Source: a virus. From it: a stretch of 64,000 nucleotides of DNA. Below, piece by piece: positions 27,171 through 37,500 of this stretch (positions are counted from its first letter, which is position 1; the number at the start of each line of letters is the position of its first letter). The notes below the pieces were generated by a model. The model was not told where the DNA came from. It did not search any database and saw nothing but the letters and a program-made list of their open reading frames with translations. The stretch lies in IMG/VR virus record IMGVR_UViG_3300025237_000001, positions 96,001 to 160,000 of that record. The stretch is one strand, 5' to 3'. A program made the position numbers and the translations under genes.

Positions 27171-28595
27171 ATGAGTGACATCAACAAGGACACTGGATTT
27201 GGATTTTTAGGAATTCCCTACCAAAGAAGGTTGATTACTCAATTTATTACAGACCACAAATTTGCTACAAATATAATGAGTATCGTAGACCCAAACTACT
27301 TTACTGATTTATATTTGAGAATTATAGCATCGGAAATTAAAAATGCGTTTGAAGTAGATGAAGTAATTCCAGATATGGATAGTCTAAGATTTAGACTTAA
27401 CAGTAGGAGTGATAATGATACTACTAAATTATATATAAAAGCACAAATTGATGAAATAGAAGATAGTTCATTGAATGACTCAGAGTTTGTCCAAAGTATG
27501 GCAATGAAATTCTGTAAGCAACAAGAACTAAAGAAATCAGTTCACGATATCCAAGAAATAATCGATAAGGGAGATTTAGACTCTTTTGATGAGTGTGAAG
27601 AAATACTTAAAAGAGCGTTAGAAATTGGAAGTGATAAAGACGCTGGTATTGACGTTTTCTATGATATTGAAGATGTGTTAAGAGAAGATTTCAGAAAACC
27701 AATACCAACTGGTATTGATGGATTGGATGATAAGATGAACGGTGGTTTATCTAAGGGTGAATTAGGAGTGATATTAGCACCATTCGGTGTTGGTAAAACA
27801 ACTATGATAACAAAAATTGCAAACGAAGCTTATAATCTAGGTTATAATGTTTTACAAGTGTTTTTCGAAGACATTCCGAAAGTAATTCAAAGAAAACATT
27901 TGTCATGTTGGACTGGTATTGCGTTGAATGATTTAGCAATTGAAGCACATAGACCTTTGATTGATGAAACAATCAAAGCAAAAGCTGATGCTAAAGGTTA
28001 TTTAGAATTAAAGAAATTCCCAAGTGATGGTACTACAATACCAATGATTAAAAATTACGTTAGAAAATTAACTGCCTCTGGTAGAAAACCTGATATTATT
28101 TTAATTGATTACATTGATTGTGTAACATCAACTAAACATTTCGATAAAGGTTATGAAGCTGAAGGACCAATAATGAGACAATTTGAATCATTATTATCCG
28201 AATTTGACATGGCTGGATGGACTGCTATTCAAGGTAATAGAAGTTCTATAAACGCTGATACAGTTGACTCTACCATGATAGGTGGTTCAATCAAGAAAGG
28301 TCAAATTGGACATTTTATTGTATCAATAGCAAAAGATTTAGACCAAAAAGAAGGTGGTAGGGCAAATATGGCAATACTAAAATCTAGATTTGGGGTAGAT
28401 GGGATAGTATTTACAGATATAGTATTTGATAATGCTAGAATTCAAATTGTAATTGAAGAAGGTAAGGCTTTAAAAGCTTCTGAAATGGAAGAATATAAAG
28501 CGGGACAAAATCAAGATAGGATTAATGAATTAATGAATAAAATGAATAATAAGGAAGAGGATTTAATCAAATCAGAAACCGAATTGAATAAATAA
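27171..28595 (+). CDS. dnaB: Replicative DnaB-like helicase (T4 gp41-like)
   Basis: IPTGIDGLD, Walker A APFGVGKTT, Walker B ILIDYID, TAIQGNR and KSRFG. Confidence 0.92.
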   Translation: MSDINKDTGFGFLGIPYQRRLITQFITDHKFATNIMSIVDPNYFTDLYLRIIASEIKNAFEVDEVIPDMDSLRFRLNSRSDNDTTKLYIKAQIDEIEDSSLNDSEFVQSMAMKFCKQQELKKSVHDIQEIIDKGDLDSFDECEEILKRALEIGSDKDAGIDVFYDIEDVLREDFRKPIPTGIDGLDDKMNGGLSKGELGVILAPFGVGKTTMITKIANEAYNLGYNVLQVFFEDIPKVIQRKHLSCWTGIALNDLAIEAHRPLIDETIKAKADAKGYLELKKFPSDGTTIPMIKNYVRKLTASGRKPDIILIDYIDCVTSTKHFDKGYEAEGPIMRQFESLLSEFDMAGWTAIQGNRSSINADTVDSTMIGGSIKKGQIGHFIVSIAKDLDQKEGGRANMAILKSRFGVDGIVFTDIVFDNARIQIVIEEGKALKASEMEEYKAGQNQDRINELMNKMNNKEEDLIKSETELNK

Positions 28596-28621
28596 TAATA
28601 AATAAAAAGAATTAAACACAC

Positions 28622-29581
28622 ATGAGTAAATATTTAAATATAGATAACGGTAACAGAGATACAAAATTCCCAATAATTCATGGTGAACTTTGGGAATTTT
28701 ATAAAAAGCAACAATCCAAAATATGGACAGCTGAAGAATTAGACTTATCAAAAGATACATTGGAGGGTATTCCCGAAGGTGAAGTCATTATACTAAAAAA
28801 CCTCTTAGCGTTTTTTGGGGTTTCAGATACATTGGTACAAGATAACTTGGCTGATGAAATAGTATCAGAATTTTCAGAAATTGAGGAAATGAAGTCTAAT
28901 TACGTGTATCAAGCGTACATTGAAGATGTACATAGTGAAACTTATTCATTAATGATTGAGCAATTAATAAATAATGAGGAAGAAAAACAAGCTATGTTTA
29001 AAGCTATTCAAACTAATCCAGTAGTCGCTGCTAAAGTAAAGTGGGCTAAAAAATGGTTAGAAGAAGGTACTTTAGTTCAAAGAGTAGTTGCGTTTTCCTT
29101 ATTAGAAGGTATGGGTTTTTCAAGTACTTTCGCTGTACTTATGTTCTTTAGATTACGATATCCTCAATTAGCTGGTTTAGGTCAAGCAAATGAATTAATT
29201 CTTCAAGATGAAGTGTTACATATGCATCTAGGAATAAACGTCTATAACAAGTATATCAAAGAAGAATATAAATTACCAGCTGAAGAAATAAAAGAAATGA
29301 TTTTGGAATGTTATGAAACAGAAAAGATTTTTGTAGAGTCAATTTATAGTGGTAGCTTTGTATTAGGCTTACCTAAAGAAAAATTAATCCAATACATTCA
29401 ATATGTAACGGATAGTTTATTAATATACTATAATATAGAAACGGTATTCAAAGTAGAACAACCATTTGACTTTATGGCATCATTTTCAATTGTAGAACGT
29501 CAAAATTTCTTTGAAACTAAAGGTGGTGAATATAATAGATTAACCAATATCGGTGGGGATTTAACAATCGAAGATTTTTAA
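28622..29581 (+). CDS. nrdB: Ribonucleotide reductase class Ia beta subunit
   Basis: W-T-A-E-E, ligand D (GVSD), EDVHSETY containing the radical Tyr, LLEG and DEVLH. Confidence 0.93.
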   Translation: MSKYLNIDNGNRDTKFPIIHGELWEFYKKQQSKIWTAEELDLSKDTLEGIPEGEVIILKNLLAFFGVSDTLVQDNLADEIVSEFSEIEEMKSNYVYQAYIEDVHSETYSLMIEQLINNEEEKQAMFKAIQTNPVVAAKVKWAKKWLEEGTLVQRVVAFSLLEGMGFSSTFAVLMFFRLRYPQLAGLGQANELILQDEVLHMHLGINVYNKYIKEEYKLPAEEIKEMILECYETEKIFVESIYSGSFVLGLPKEKLIQYIQYVTDSLLIYYNIETVFKVEQPFDFMASFSIVERQNFFETKGGEYNRLTNIGGDLTIEDF

Positions 29582-29595
29582 AAAAAAAACAATTA

Positions 29596-31767
29596 ATGAA
29601 AATTATTAAAAAAGATGGTTCTAGTCAGAATTTTAACCCAAATAAGGTTCTGACCAGAATAAAAAGAACTGCTAAAAGCTTGAGTTTAAAAATTGACTCA
29701 GACAAATTATCACAAAAAGTAATACCACAAATTCAAGATGGTATGACCACAGATGATATTGATAACTTAGTTGTTATCGAATCACTAGGTTCAGTATACC
29801 TACACCCAGATTATTCAATGATGGCATCAGCTATTGAAATTGATATAACTCAGAAGAACCATATTTTTAAAAAATATGATATCGAGTTAGATTACTCAAG
29901 AGATTATACTTATGATTATCTAGCATGGGCAACATTCAAGAAATCGTATAGAAATGGTGATGAATTACCTCAAGAAATGTACGCTAGAATAGCCTTGGAA
30001 ATGGCTGAAACTAAAGAAGATGCACAATACTTATACGAGATGTTATCTACTAAACAATTAAACTTTGCAACGCCAATCAACTTAACTGCTGGAACTGGTG
30101 AAGGGAGTAATAGGTTCATATCCTGTGATATAAACTTTTTAAAAGAAGATAGTCTTGAGGGAATTATTGACACATTAGGTGAATTAGCTAAATCATCCAA
30201 AGATGGTTCTGGTATTGGAATTTATATTGGAAACCTTAGAAGTTCTAAAAGTAAAGTAGGTGATTTTAACGGTAATGCCGCTGGAATACCTAGGTTCGCT
30301 GATTTAGCTCAAGGAATCGCTAGATTCTTCAATCAAAGAGGTAGAAGGAATGGTGCCTTTGCACTATATGCCCCAATTTGGCATAAAGATATTATCGCTC
30401 ATTTAGAATTAAGATTAAATGAAGGTGATGAAAGATTAAGAACTAGAGATATTTTTAATGGTGTTTGTATTGATGACTTATTTATGGAAGCTCTAATAGA
30501 AGAAAAAGACTATTACTTATTCTGCCCTAACGATATACTTAAAGCGGGGTTAAAACCGTTCTTTGAGTGTTCTCCTGATGAATTCAGAGATGTATACCAA
30601 GAGGCAGTAGATATGGGAATAGGTGAAAAGATTAATCCAAGAACAATTTGGAATAAAATTCTAATGTCACAAGCATCAACTGGAACCCCATATATTGTTT
30701 ATATTGATACCATTAATAGAATGAACATGCAAGAACATTTTGGTAATATTAAAAGTTCTAATTTATGTGTAGAAACTCTTTTATATGCAGATAAAGATGA
30801 AGTAGGGCAATGTGCCTTAGGTTCAATCCCACTAATGACTTGTAAGGATATTAGAGAAGCCTCTAGATTATTAAGTTATAATATTAATAGAGTAATTGAT
30901 ATTAACGTTTATTCTACTGAAAGAGCTAAGAAAGGTGGTTTAGGTCAAAGAACTATAGGTATTGGTGTTGCTGGATTAGCTGAGTATCTTTATTCAAGAG
31001 GAATGAATTTTGAAAGTGAAGAAGGTAAAGAAGCTTTCAAAAATATAATGAGAGAAATATACTTAGGGGCGGTAATTGGTTCACAAGAATATTACGCTAA
31101 ACATAAAAAGACTTTTAGAGATTATGATAAATCATTATATGCTAAAGGTGTATTTAACCCACAAAAATGGGGTGTTCATGAAAATGAAATTGATATTACT
31201 AAACCAGTAGCTAATAGTTTATTCACAGCTCTTATGCCAACAGCCTCATCATCTAATTTATTAGGTTGTACTGAAATGTTTGAAGTACCACAAGGTATGG
31301 TTTATAGAAGAAAATTAGATAAGGGAGAATTTGTAGTAGTACAAAGAAATTTAGTTGAAGATTTAGAAGCGTTAAACCTATGGAATGACGATTTAGCTAA
31401 ACGTATTGTTATGGCTGGTGGAACAATTCAAGGTTTATTTGATATTCCAGAAGAAATTAGAGTTAAATATAAAACGGCTTATGAAGTTTCTCAGAAAAAG
31501 AGAATTGATATGATAAGAGAAGCATTTCCATATATTGACCAATCAACATCATTAAATTTATATTACCCAGATGCTAACTCTGCGAGATTATCATCTGCAT
31601 TAATACATGGGTGGAAGATAGGTAATAAAACTGGTGTGTACTACACTAGGGTACTTAAAAAAGATGCGGAAACAACTGGTGATTTATTTAAAAGAAAAGA
31701 TTCACCAACAACCACTTTAAATAAACCTGATGATTCAGATTTTGAATGTATTGGTTGCTCAGCTTAA
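29596..31767 (+). CDS. nrdA: Ribonucleotide reductase class I alpha subunit with ATP-cone
   Basis: N-terminal IIKKDG ATP-cone, ISC, SSNLCVE, QCALGSI, MPTASSS, GVYY and a C-terminal CxxC (CIGCSA). Confidence 0.95.
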   Translation: MKIIKKDGSSQNFNPNKVLTRIKRTAKSLSLKIDSDKLSQKVIPQIQDGMTTDDIDNLVVIESLGSVYLHPDYSMMASAIEIDITQKNHIFKKYDIELDYSRDYTYDYLAWATFKKSYRNGDELPQEMYARIALEMAETKEDAQYLYEMLSTKQLNFATPINLTAGTGEGSNRFISCDINFLKEDSLEGIIDTLGELAKSSKDGSGIGIYIGNLRSSKSKVGDFNGNAAGIPRFADLAQGIARFFNQRGRRNGAFALYAPIWHKDIIAHLELRLNEGDERLRTRDIFNGVCIDDLFMEALIEEKDYYLFCPNDILKAGLKPFFECSPDEFRDVYQEAVDMGIGEKINPRTIWNKILMSQASTGTPYIVYIDTINRMNMQEHFGNIKSSNLCVETLLYADKDEVGQCALGSIPLMTCKDIREASRLLSYNINRVIDINVYSTERAKKGGLGQRTIGIGVAGLAEYLYSRGMNFESEEGKEAFKNIMREIYLGAVIGSQEYYAKHKKTFRDYDKSLYAKGVFNPQKWGVHENEIDITKPVANSLFTALMPTASSSNLLGCTEMFEVPQGMVYRRKLDKGEFVVVQRNLVEDLEALNLWNDDLAKRIVMAGGTIQGLFDIPEEIRVKYKTAYEVSQKKRIDMIREAFPYIDQSTSLNLYYPDANSARLSSALIHGWKIGNKTGVYYTRVLKKDAETTGDLFKRKDSPTTTLNKPDDSDFECIGCSA

Positions 31768-31778
31768 AAAAAAATAAT

Positions 31779-31925
31779 ATGGAAGATAGGTATTATTTTA
31801 ATGAAGAGTGGAACTCACCAATACCAAAAGAACAATTAAAAGAAAAGGGTAGTTGTTGTGCGTTAGGATGTAAAAATTGTCCGTATACCAAACCAATAGT
31901 GAAAGGTAATGGTAAATTAGAATAA
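31779..31925 (+). CDS. Small Cys-rich protein with CCxxGCxxCPY motif (48 aa), not in the ORF track
   Basis: My translation: MEDRYYFNEEWNSPIPKEQLKEKGSCCALGCKNCPYTKPIVKGNGKLE. Lies between nrdA and its terminator. Confidence 0.7.
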   Translation: MEDRYYFNEEWNSPIPKEQLKEKGSCCALGCKNCPYTKPIVKGNGKLE

Positions 31926-31953
31926 AAAAGGTGGGCGTTGCCCACCTTTTTTT
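31924..31953. terminator. Bidirectional intrinsic terminator ending the replication operon
   Basis: AAAAAAGGTGGGC-GTT-GCCCACCTTTTTT. Confidence 0.8.
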
Positions 31954-31996
31954 GTTATAAACTTTATTTTTAGATATTTATTAGTAAAATAATACC

Positions 31997-32380
31997 ATGG
32001 CAAATAAATCAATTAACATAAATTTTCCCTTTCGAGATAGTACCAAGGGTTTTTTCTTGGACCTATGTGTTGAAGATACAAAAGCTATTAAAGCTGATTT
32101 GATACATTTAATTCTTACAAATAAGGGTGAGCGTCTATATTTACCAGATTTTGGTACTAATCTAAGAAAATACCTATTTGACCCTTACGATGGAATCACC
32201 GAAGGAGAAATTAAAACTGAAATTAGTGAAGCCATTAAAAAATACATACCTAATCTTAAAGTTAATTCAATTATTTTTGAAGAAGCTCCCCAAAACCAAT
32301 ACGGTGCTGTTGTTAGGTTAGACTACACAATCACTGAAGATGTGTTCGAAACAAAAGATTTCGTAATTATCCAACTTTAA
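31997..32380 (+). CDS. Baseplate wedge protein (T4 gp25/GPW-like)
   Basis: INFPF, LILTNKGERLYLPDFGTNLRKYLFDP. Confidence 0.9.
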   Translation: MANKSININFPFRDSTKGFFLDLCVEDTKAIKADLIHLILTNKGERLYLPDFGTNLRKYLFDPYDGITEGEIKTEISEAIKKYIPNLKVNSIIFEEAPQNQYGAVVRLDYTITEDVFETKDFVIIQL

Positions 32381-32410
32381 ACTTTATTTTTCCAATTTTT
32401 ATATTATTTT

Positions 32411-32419
32411 ATATTTATA
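32411..32419 (+). promoter_or_regulatory. Putative late promoter motif ATATTTATA
   Basis: 16 nt upstream of ATG 32436; recurrent motif. Confidence 0.6.
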
Positions 32420-32435
32420 ATAAAAGATTTATACA

Positions 32436-34253
32436 ATGGGAAAAGGTATCGCATATTCAAGCAGAAACTTTGCTGACGTAAGAACAGAATTAATTGATTT
32501 TGTAAAACAATACTATCCAGACATTTTATCAGATTTCAATGACGCATCAATTGGTATGCTTTTAATTGAATTAAACGCAGCTGTAAGTGATATGCTTTCA
32601 GCCAACACAGATAGAATGTTTCAGGAAACGCAAATAGACTACGCACAACAAAGAAGCTCAGTTCTATCAATGGCTAGGACATTCGGACTTAAAATTCCGT
32701 CTAAAAGACCATCAATAAGTATTGTTGACTTTTCAGTTACAGTACCAGTTTTTGGTGACTCATTCGACATTCGTTATGCACCAGTGATTAGAGTTGGCGC
32801 ACAAGTTAGTGGTGGTGGAAAAGTATTTGAGTCGGTAGACGATATCGATTTCTCAAGTCCATTCACAACAGGTGGTCTACCAAACAGACTTATTATTCCA
32901 AACTTGGATAGTAACAACAATATTACAAACTACACACTTACAAAAAGAGAGATTGTTTTAAATGGTGTAACAAAAACATTTAAGAAAACAATTTCATCTT
33001 CTGATATTTACCCTTTCTATGAACTGGTATTACCAGACAACGATGTTTTATCTATAACATCAATCATAGCTAAAAGTGGTGTTAACTATACAACAGAACC
33101 TACGGTTGACGAATTCCTTAATTTTGATAATAGATATTTTGAAGTTGAAGCTTTGGCTGAAGACACATTATTTATTGAAGATGTTAATGCAAGTTCGGAT
33201 AATGCTGGTATCAAACCAGGTGAGTGGGTTAGGATTACAAGAAAATTTATAAAAGAATATACCGATAATGGATTTATTAAATTAATTTTTGGTGGTGGAA
33301 CTGATGACATTTCATCTCTACAAGAATTTAAAGTAGATAATACATTAATTGATAGAATTGGTGATTTCATTAATAATCTATCTTTAGGTGAAACTCTTAA
33401 ATCTAATACTACGCTGTATGTACAATATAGAGTTGGTGGTGGAGCTAATACAAATTTAGGTTCTAATACCTTAACGAGTGTTAATTTGGTTAATATGTTT
33501 ATTAATGGACCAATAGCGTCAATTAATAAATCAGTTACAAATTCATTAATAGTTAACAATCCAGTTCCAGCAATGGGTGGTAGAGACGAACCTTCAATCG
33601 AGGAAATTAGAAATTTAGTTAGATATAATTTCGCATCTCAAAATAGAGCTGTAACTATTAAAGATTATCAATCTAGAATTAGTTTAATGCCAGGTGAGTT
33701 TGGGGTTCCATTTAGAAGTGGGGTATTCGAAGAACAAAATAAAATATTAATTTACATATTAGGTTTAGATGGAAACTCTAAATTAACTAATATGTCAACT
33801 AATACATTAAAAGATAACATTTCCCATTATTTAGCTGATTACAGAATGCTTAATGATTATGTAGCAATTGCTGATGGGCAAATAATTAATTTAGGTTATG
33901 AATTTGATTTATTAGTGGAAAAAGATTTTCCACAATCACAAATAATAACAAACGTTATTAATAGAGTAAAAGAATATATGGATATTAATAAGCACCATAT
34001 GGGGGAGAACATCTACCTAGGGCAATTGATTGAAAATGTAAATAATGTTGGTGGTGTGACCAACGTAATAAATATGAGGGTTTTTAACAAAGTTGGTGAT
34101 GGTCAATATTCAATGAATGAAATTGAACAACCATACGAAGTCGAGGCTACAAAACAAATTAGGATTTCAGATGAATACACATTATTCGGGAACCCTAAGA
34201 GTATGTTTGAAGTTAAATTTCCTGAAAAAGATATTACAGTAAGAGTAAAATAA
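32436..34253 (+). CDS. Baseplate wedge protein (T4 gp6 / baseplate J-like)
   Basis: RNFADVRTELIDF, YRVGGGANTN and GGRDEPSIEEIR...SQNRAVTIKDY. Confidence 0.88.
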   Translation: MGKGIAYSSRNFADVRTELIDFVKQYYPDILSDFNDASIGMLLIELNAAVSDMLSANTDRMFQETQIDYAQQRSSVLSMARTFGLKIPSKRPSISIVDFSVTVPVFGDSFDIRYAPVIRVGAQVSGGGKVFESVDDIDFSSPFTTGGLPNRLIIPNLDSNNNITNYTLTKREIVLNGVTKTFKKTISSSDIYPFYELVLPDNDVLSITSIIAKSGVNYTTEPTVDEFLNFDNRYFEVEALAEDTLFIEDVNASSDNAGIKPGEWVRITRKFIKEYTDNGFIKLIFGGGTDDISSLQEFKVDNTLIDRIGDFINNLSLGETLKSNTTLYVQYRVGGGANTNLGSNTLTSVNLVNMFINGPIASINKSVTNSLIVNNPVPAMGGRDEPSIEEIRNLVRYNFASQNRAVTIKDYQSRISLMPGEFGVPFRSGVFEEQNKILIYILGLDGNSKLTNMSTNTLKDNISHYLADYRMLNDYVAIADGQIINLGYEFDLLVEKDFPQSQIITNVINRVKEYMDINKHHMGENIYLGQLIENVNNVGGVTNVINMRVFNKVGDGQYSMNEIEQPYEVEATKQIRISDEYTLFGNPKSMFEVKFPEKDITVRVK

Positions 34254-34260
34254 AAAAGTT

Positions 34261-34584
34261 ATGGGATGTGGATGTAAAGATAAAGGTGGTAACAAGTTAT
34301 CACCAGATTTATTAAATAAAGAAACTGGAGAATTAAATGTTAAAGGTAAATTACTTAAAATACCAACAGCGTTGTTGGTAACATTAGGTATTATACTAAT
34401 ATCACCATTGTTACTGATTTTTATTTGGGTAATAGCAATTAAAACAGTATTTGGTAAAAGTTCTAACATTGTTAATATGATGTTAGGTAGATTCCAAAAT
34501 AAAAAAGAAAGTGTTGAACCTGATGATGACGTTGATTTTGATGAAGATACTTATGAAATGATTAATATCGATATAATAAAATAA
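34261..34584 (+). CDS. Small membrane protein with N-terminal MGCGC motif
   Basis: One long hydrophobic segment (IPTALLVTLGIILISPLLLIFIWVIAI) and an acidic tail. Confidence 0.65.
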   Translation: MGCGCKDKGGNKLSPDLLNKETGELNVKGKLLKIPTALLVTLGIILISPLLLIFIWVIAIKTVFGKSSNIVNMMLGRFQNKKESVEPDDDVDFDEDTYEMINIDIIK

Positions 34585-34585
34585 T

Positions 34586-37500
34586 ATGTCAAGAAGTATA
34601 AGAATTCGTACCGAACCAAATGGTGGTGATAAACGTTTAAAGGTTCAAATAAACCAAGATTTTGATTATCTTGAGATTTTATCTTTAAAAATATCACAAG
34701 AAGATGTATATCGTAGTTTCTATTCAGATTACGGTGTGGTAGTTGGTCGTGTTATAATGAACAGCGGTGTTGGGGTTCCTAACGCTAGAGTTTCTATTTT
34801 TATACCTCTAACTGATGAAGATGCTGAAAATCCAGAGTTATCATCTATATATCCATTCAAAGATTTACAAGATGTAAACTCAGATGGAATAAGATATAAT
34901 ACACTTCCTAATGATGCGCAAGGAGTATGTCATGCACCAATAGGCACATTCCCAACTAAAAGAGAATTAGTAGATAACCCAGAATTACTTGAGGTATACG
35001 GTAAATATTTCAAATATACCACTACCACTAATGGTGCTGGTGATTTTATGTTATTCGGTGTACCAGTGGGTAACCACATGGTTAACGTTGATGTTGATTT
35101 ATCTGATATGGGAATTTTCTCACAAAGACCATATGATTTCATTGAAGATGGAAACCCTAAGAAATTATTCGAATCTCCAACTAAATTTAAAACGGGTACG
35201 AACTTAAACAATCTTACACAAGTTAAGAATAGACAAGTTGGTGTTAATGTAATCCCATTTTGGGGTGAAAAAGAAAGTAATGAAATTGGTATCTCAAGAA
35301 TTGATGTCGATATTAATTATAATATAAAACCTAAAGCCATTTTCATGGGTGCTATTTTCGGTGATAATGAAAAGCAAAGTGTAAATAAAAATTGTAGACC
35401 TAGAAGAAAAATGGGTAACGTTTGTGAAATGGGTGAAGGTGAAGGTACCATTCAAATGCTTAGGAAAACTATTTATGGTGATAATGAAAGATTCGATGTT
35501 GAAGGTGGTAGAGTGATTAATGAGAACGGTACTTGGGCATATCAAATCCCAATGAATTTAGATTACATGGTTACAGATGAATTCGGTGTGTTATCACCAA
35601 CCGATGACCCGACTAAAGGAATTCCAACTAGAGCTAGGACTAGATTTAAAATTAGTTTAGACCAAACAGGTGGTGAAGGTAGGTTAAGAACTAGGGCTAA
35701 TCATTTAGTCCCACATAACCCACAAGTCCTTGCTGAAGTAGATTATACATTCGATGATACCACATCTGATGTTCATTTTAGAGATTTATATTGGAATAAA
35801 ATATATACAGTTAAAAATCACATTGCTAGATGGCAAAAAACTAATGGTTATGAAAATAGAAATTTCGTTGGATTCAAAGATGTTGACGATTGTGTAGGTG
35901 TTAAAACACCACCACCATTTAATAAAATGGATACTGATTTTAACCCAATTTATTTAATCTTATGTGTAATAATGACGATTATTCTTACAATAATTAGCGG
36001 TATAAACAATGTTATTACCCTTAAAATTTTAGATTTCTGGCCCATTAATGGTATTAGACCTTTTTGTGGTATTGGGTGTATTAAAATAACATGTCCCTTA
36101 GATAGTTTAGAGTATTCACCTGGTTGTAGAGGTAATTGTCAAGAAGGTGATAATAGTGATTATGAAGACGCTAAAGATTGTTTTAGACTTGCATTAGCTT
36201 TAGCTTTAAATATTTTTGAATTTGATTTTTATAATGATTGGTTAAATGGTTCATTATATGCATTTTTGTTTAAATATAAAAAACCTAAAAACTCAGGTCA
36301 CCCTAAATATTGTGGAGATGGGAACAATGATTCAGGTTTTATTCTTAATACAAACCCAGTGGGTGGGAATATAGAAACTGACGATGAATTTTTTGGGTTA
36401 GAAGAAGGTATTATTGCTGGGGCTGAAGATGATGGTGTTGAAGGGTTAGAATTGTTTTACAAACCTCTAACCAAAGCTGGACATAGGTTTTATAGTACAG
36501 ATATATATAATTTAGGTGCTATATTCCCTTGTGATTGGCAAGACCAACATTTCATTCAACCAGATTTAATCCCAACAACTTACCAAATACCACCATTAAT
36601 GGGCGATGGTGATAATATTGATGAAAATGATGTAACACCAATAGACCCATTATTCTTTAATTTAAATTGTATTAAACCAAAGTCAAATAACGTACAATCT
36701 AGAAGTATTAGAAGAATATGTGAGATTGGTGTTGGTTTAGATGAACCAATAACAGATGATGACGGAAATGTTATTACCCCACCAAATGGGGAAATTGATA
36801 ATACGGATATAGATAACCAACTACTTAGAAAAAAATTGATAAAATTAAATACCCCAGAATTATCAGGTTTCAACCTAGATAATATAAACGATGAATTTGA
36901 TGTTGATGAATATGCGGATTATCGAAATAGAGTGTTTCATTCACAAATCACACAATATTTTGGTGATTCATTTTTCTTTTATTTTGGAACTAAACCTGAG
37001 AATAGTGCTTTAAATTTAATGAACGCTAAATACTTTACAGACTGTTCTAGAAACGTTAAAAACGTAATTATCATTAATGGTAATGTGACTAATGTTACAA
37101 TAGTAGATGGTCAAGACGGGGCTATAGCAATAACTGTATTTGGTGGTACACCATCATATATTTATACATGGTTTGATAATGATGATTTTCCAATATCTAA
37201 CGGTAATGGTGGTAATACACCAACAGTATTTGGTTTAGGTGAAGGTTCTTATTATGTTGAAGTGATTGATAATAATGGTGAAGGTGTTAAAGCAAAGAAA
37301 ACCTTTGTTGTTGATGGATTACAACCCTTAACAGCTGATATTGTAGCTAGAAATGTTAGTCAAACAGGACAATCTAACGGTAAGTTGATTATTAATTCAA
37401 TTATAGGTGGTGTTTCACCATATGATATAGCGATAACGGGACCAGTTGCATCAAATCATACTGACATTTCATTTTCATTAACCGTTGATAATTTACCTCA

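Noticed and set aside
28622-29581. Unusual metal-free or Mn/Fe class of NrdB
   Set aside because: The D/E/H ligand set and the radical Tyr (HSETY) are all present, consistent with ordinary class Ia.
27171-31767. Inteins or group I introns in helicase and RNR genes
   Set aside because: Sizes are normal or compact, catalytic motifs are contiguous, and no intein splice motifs or homing endonuclease ORFs were seen.
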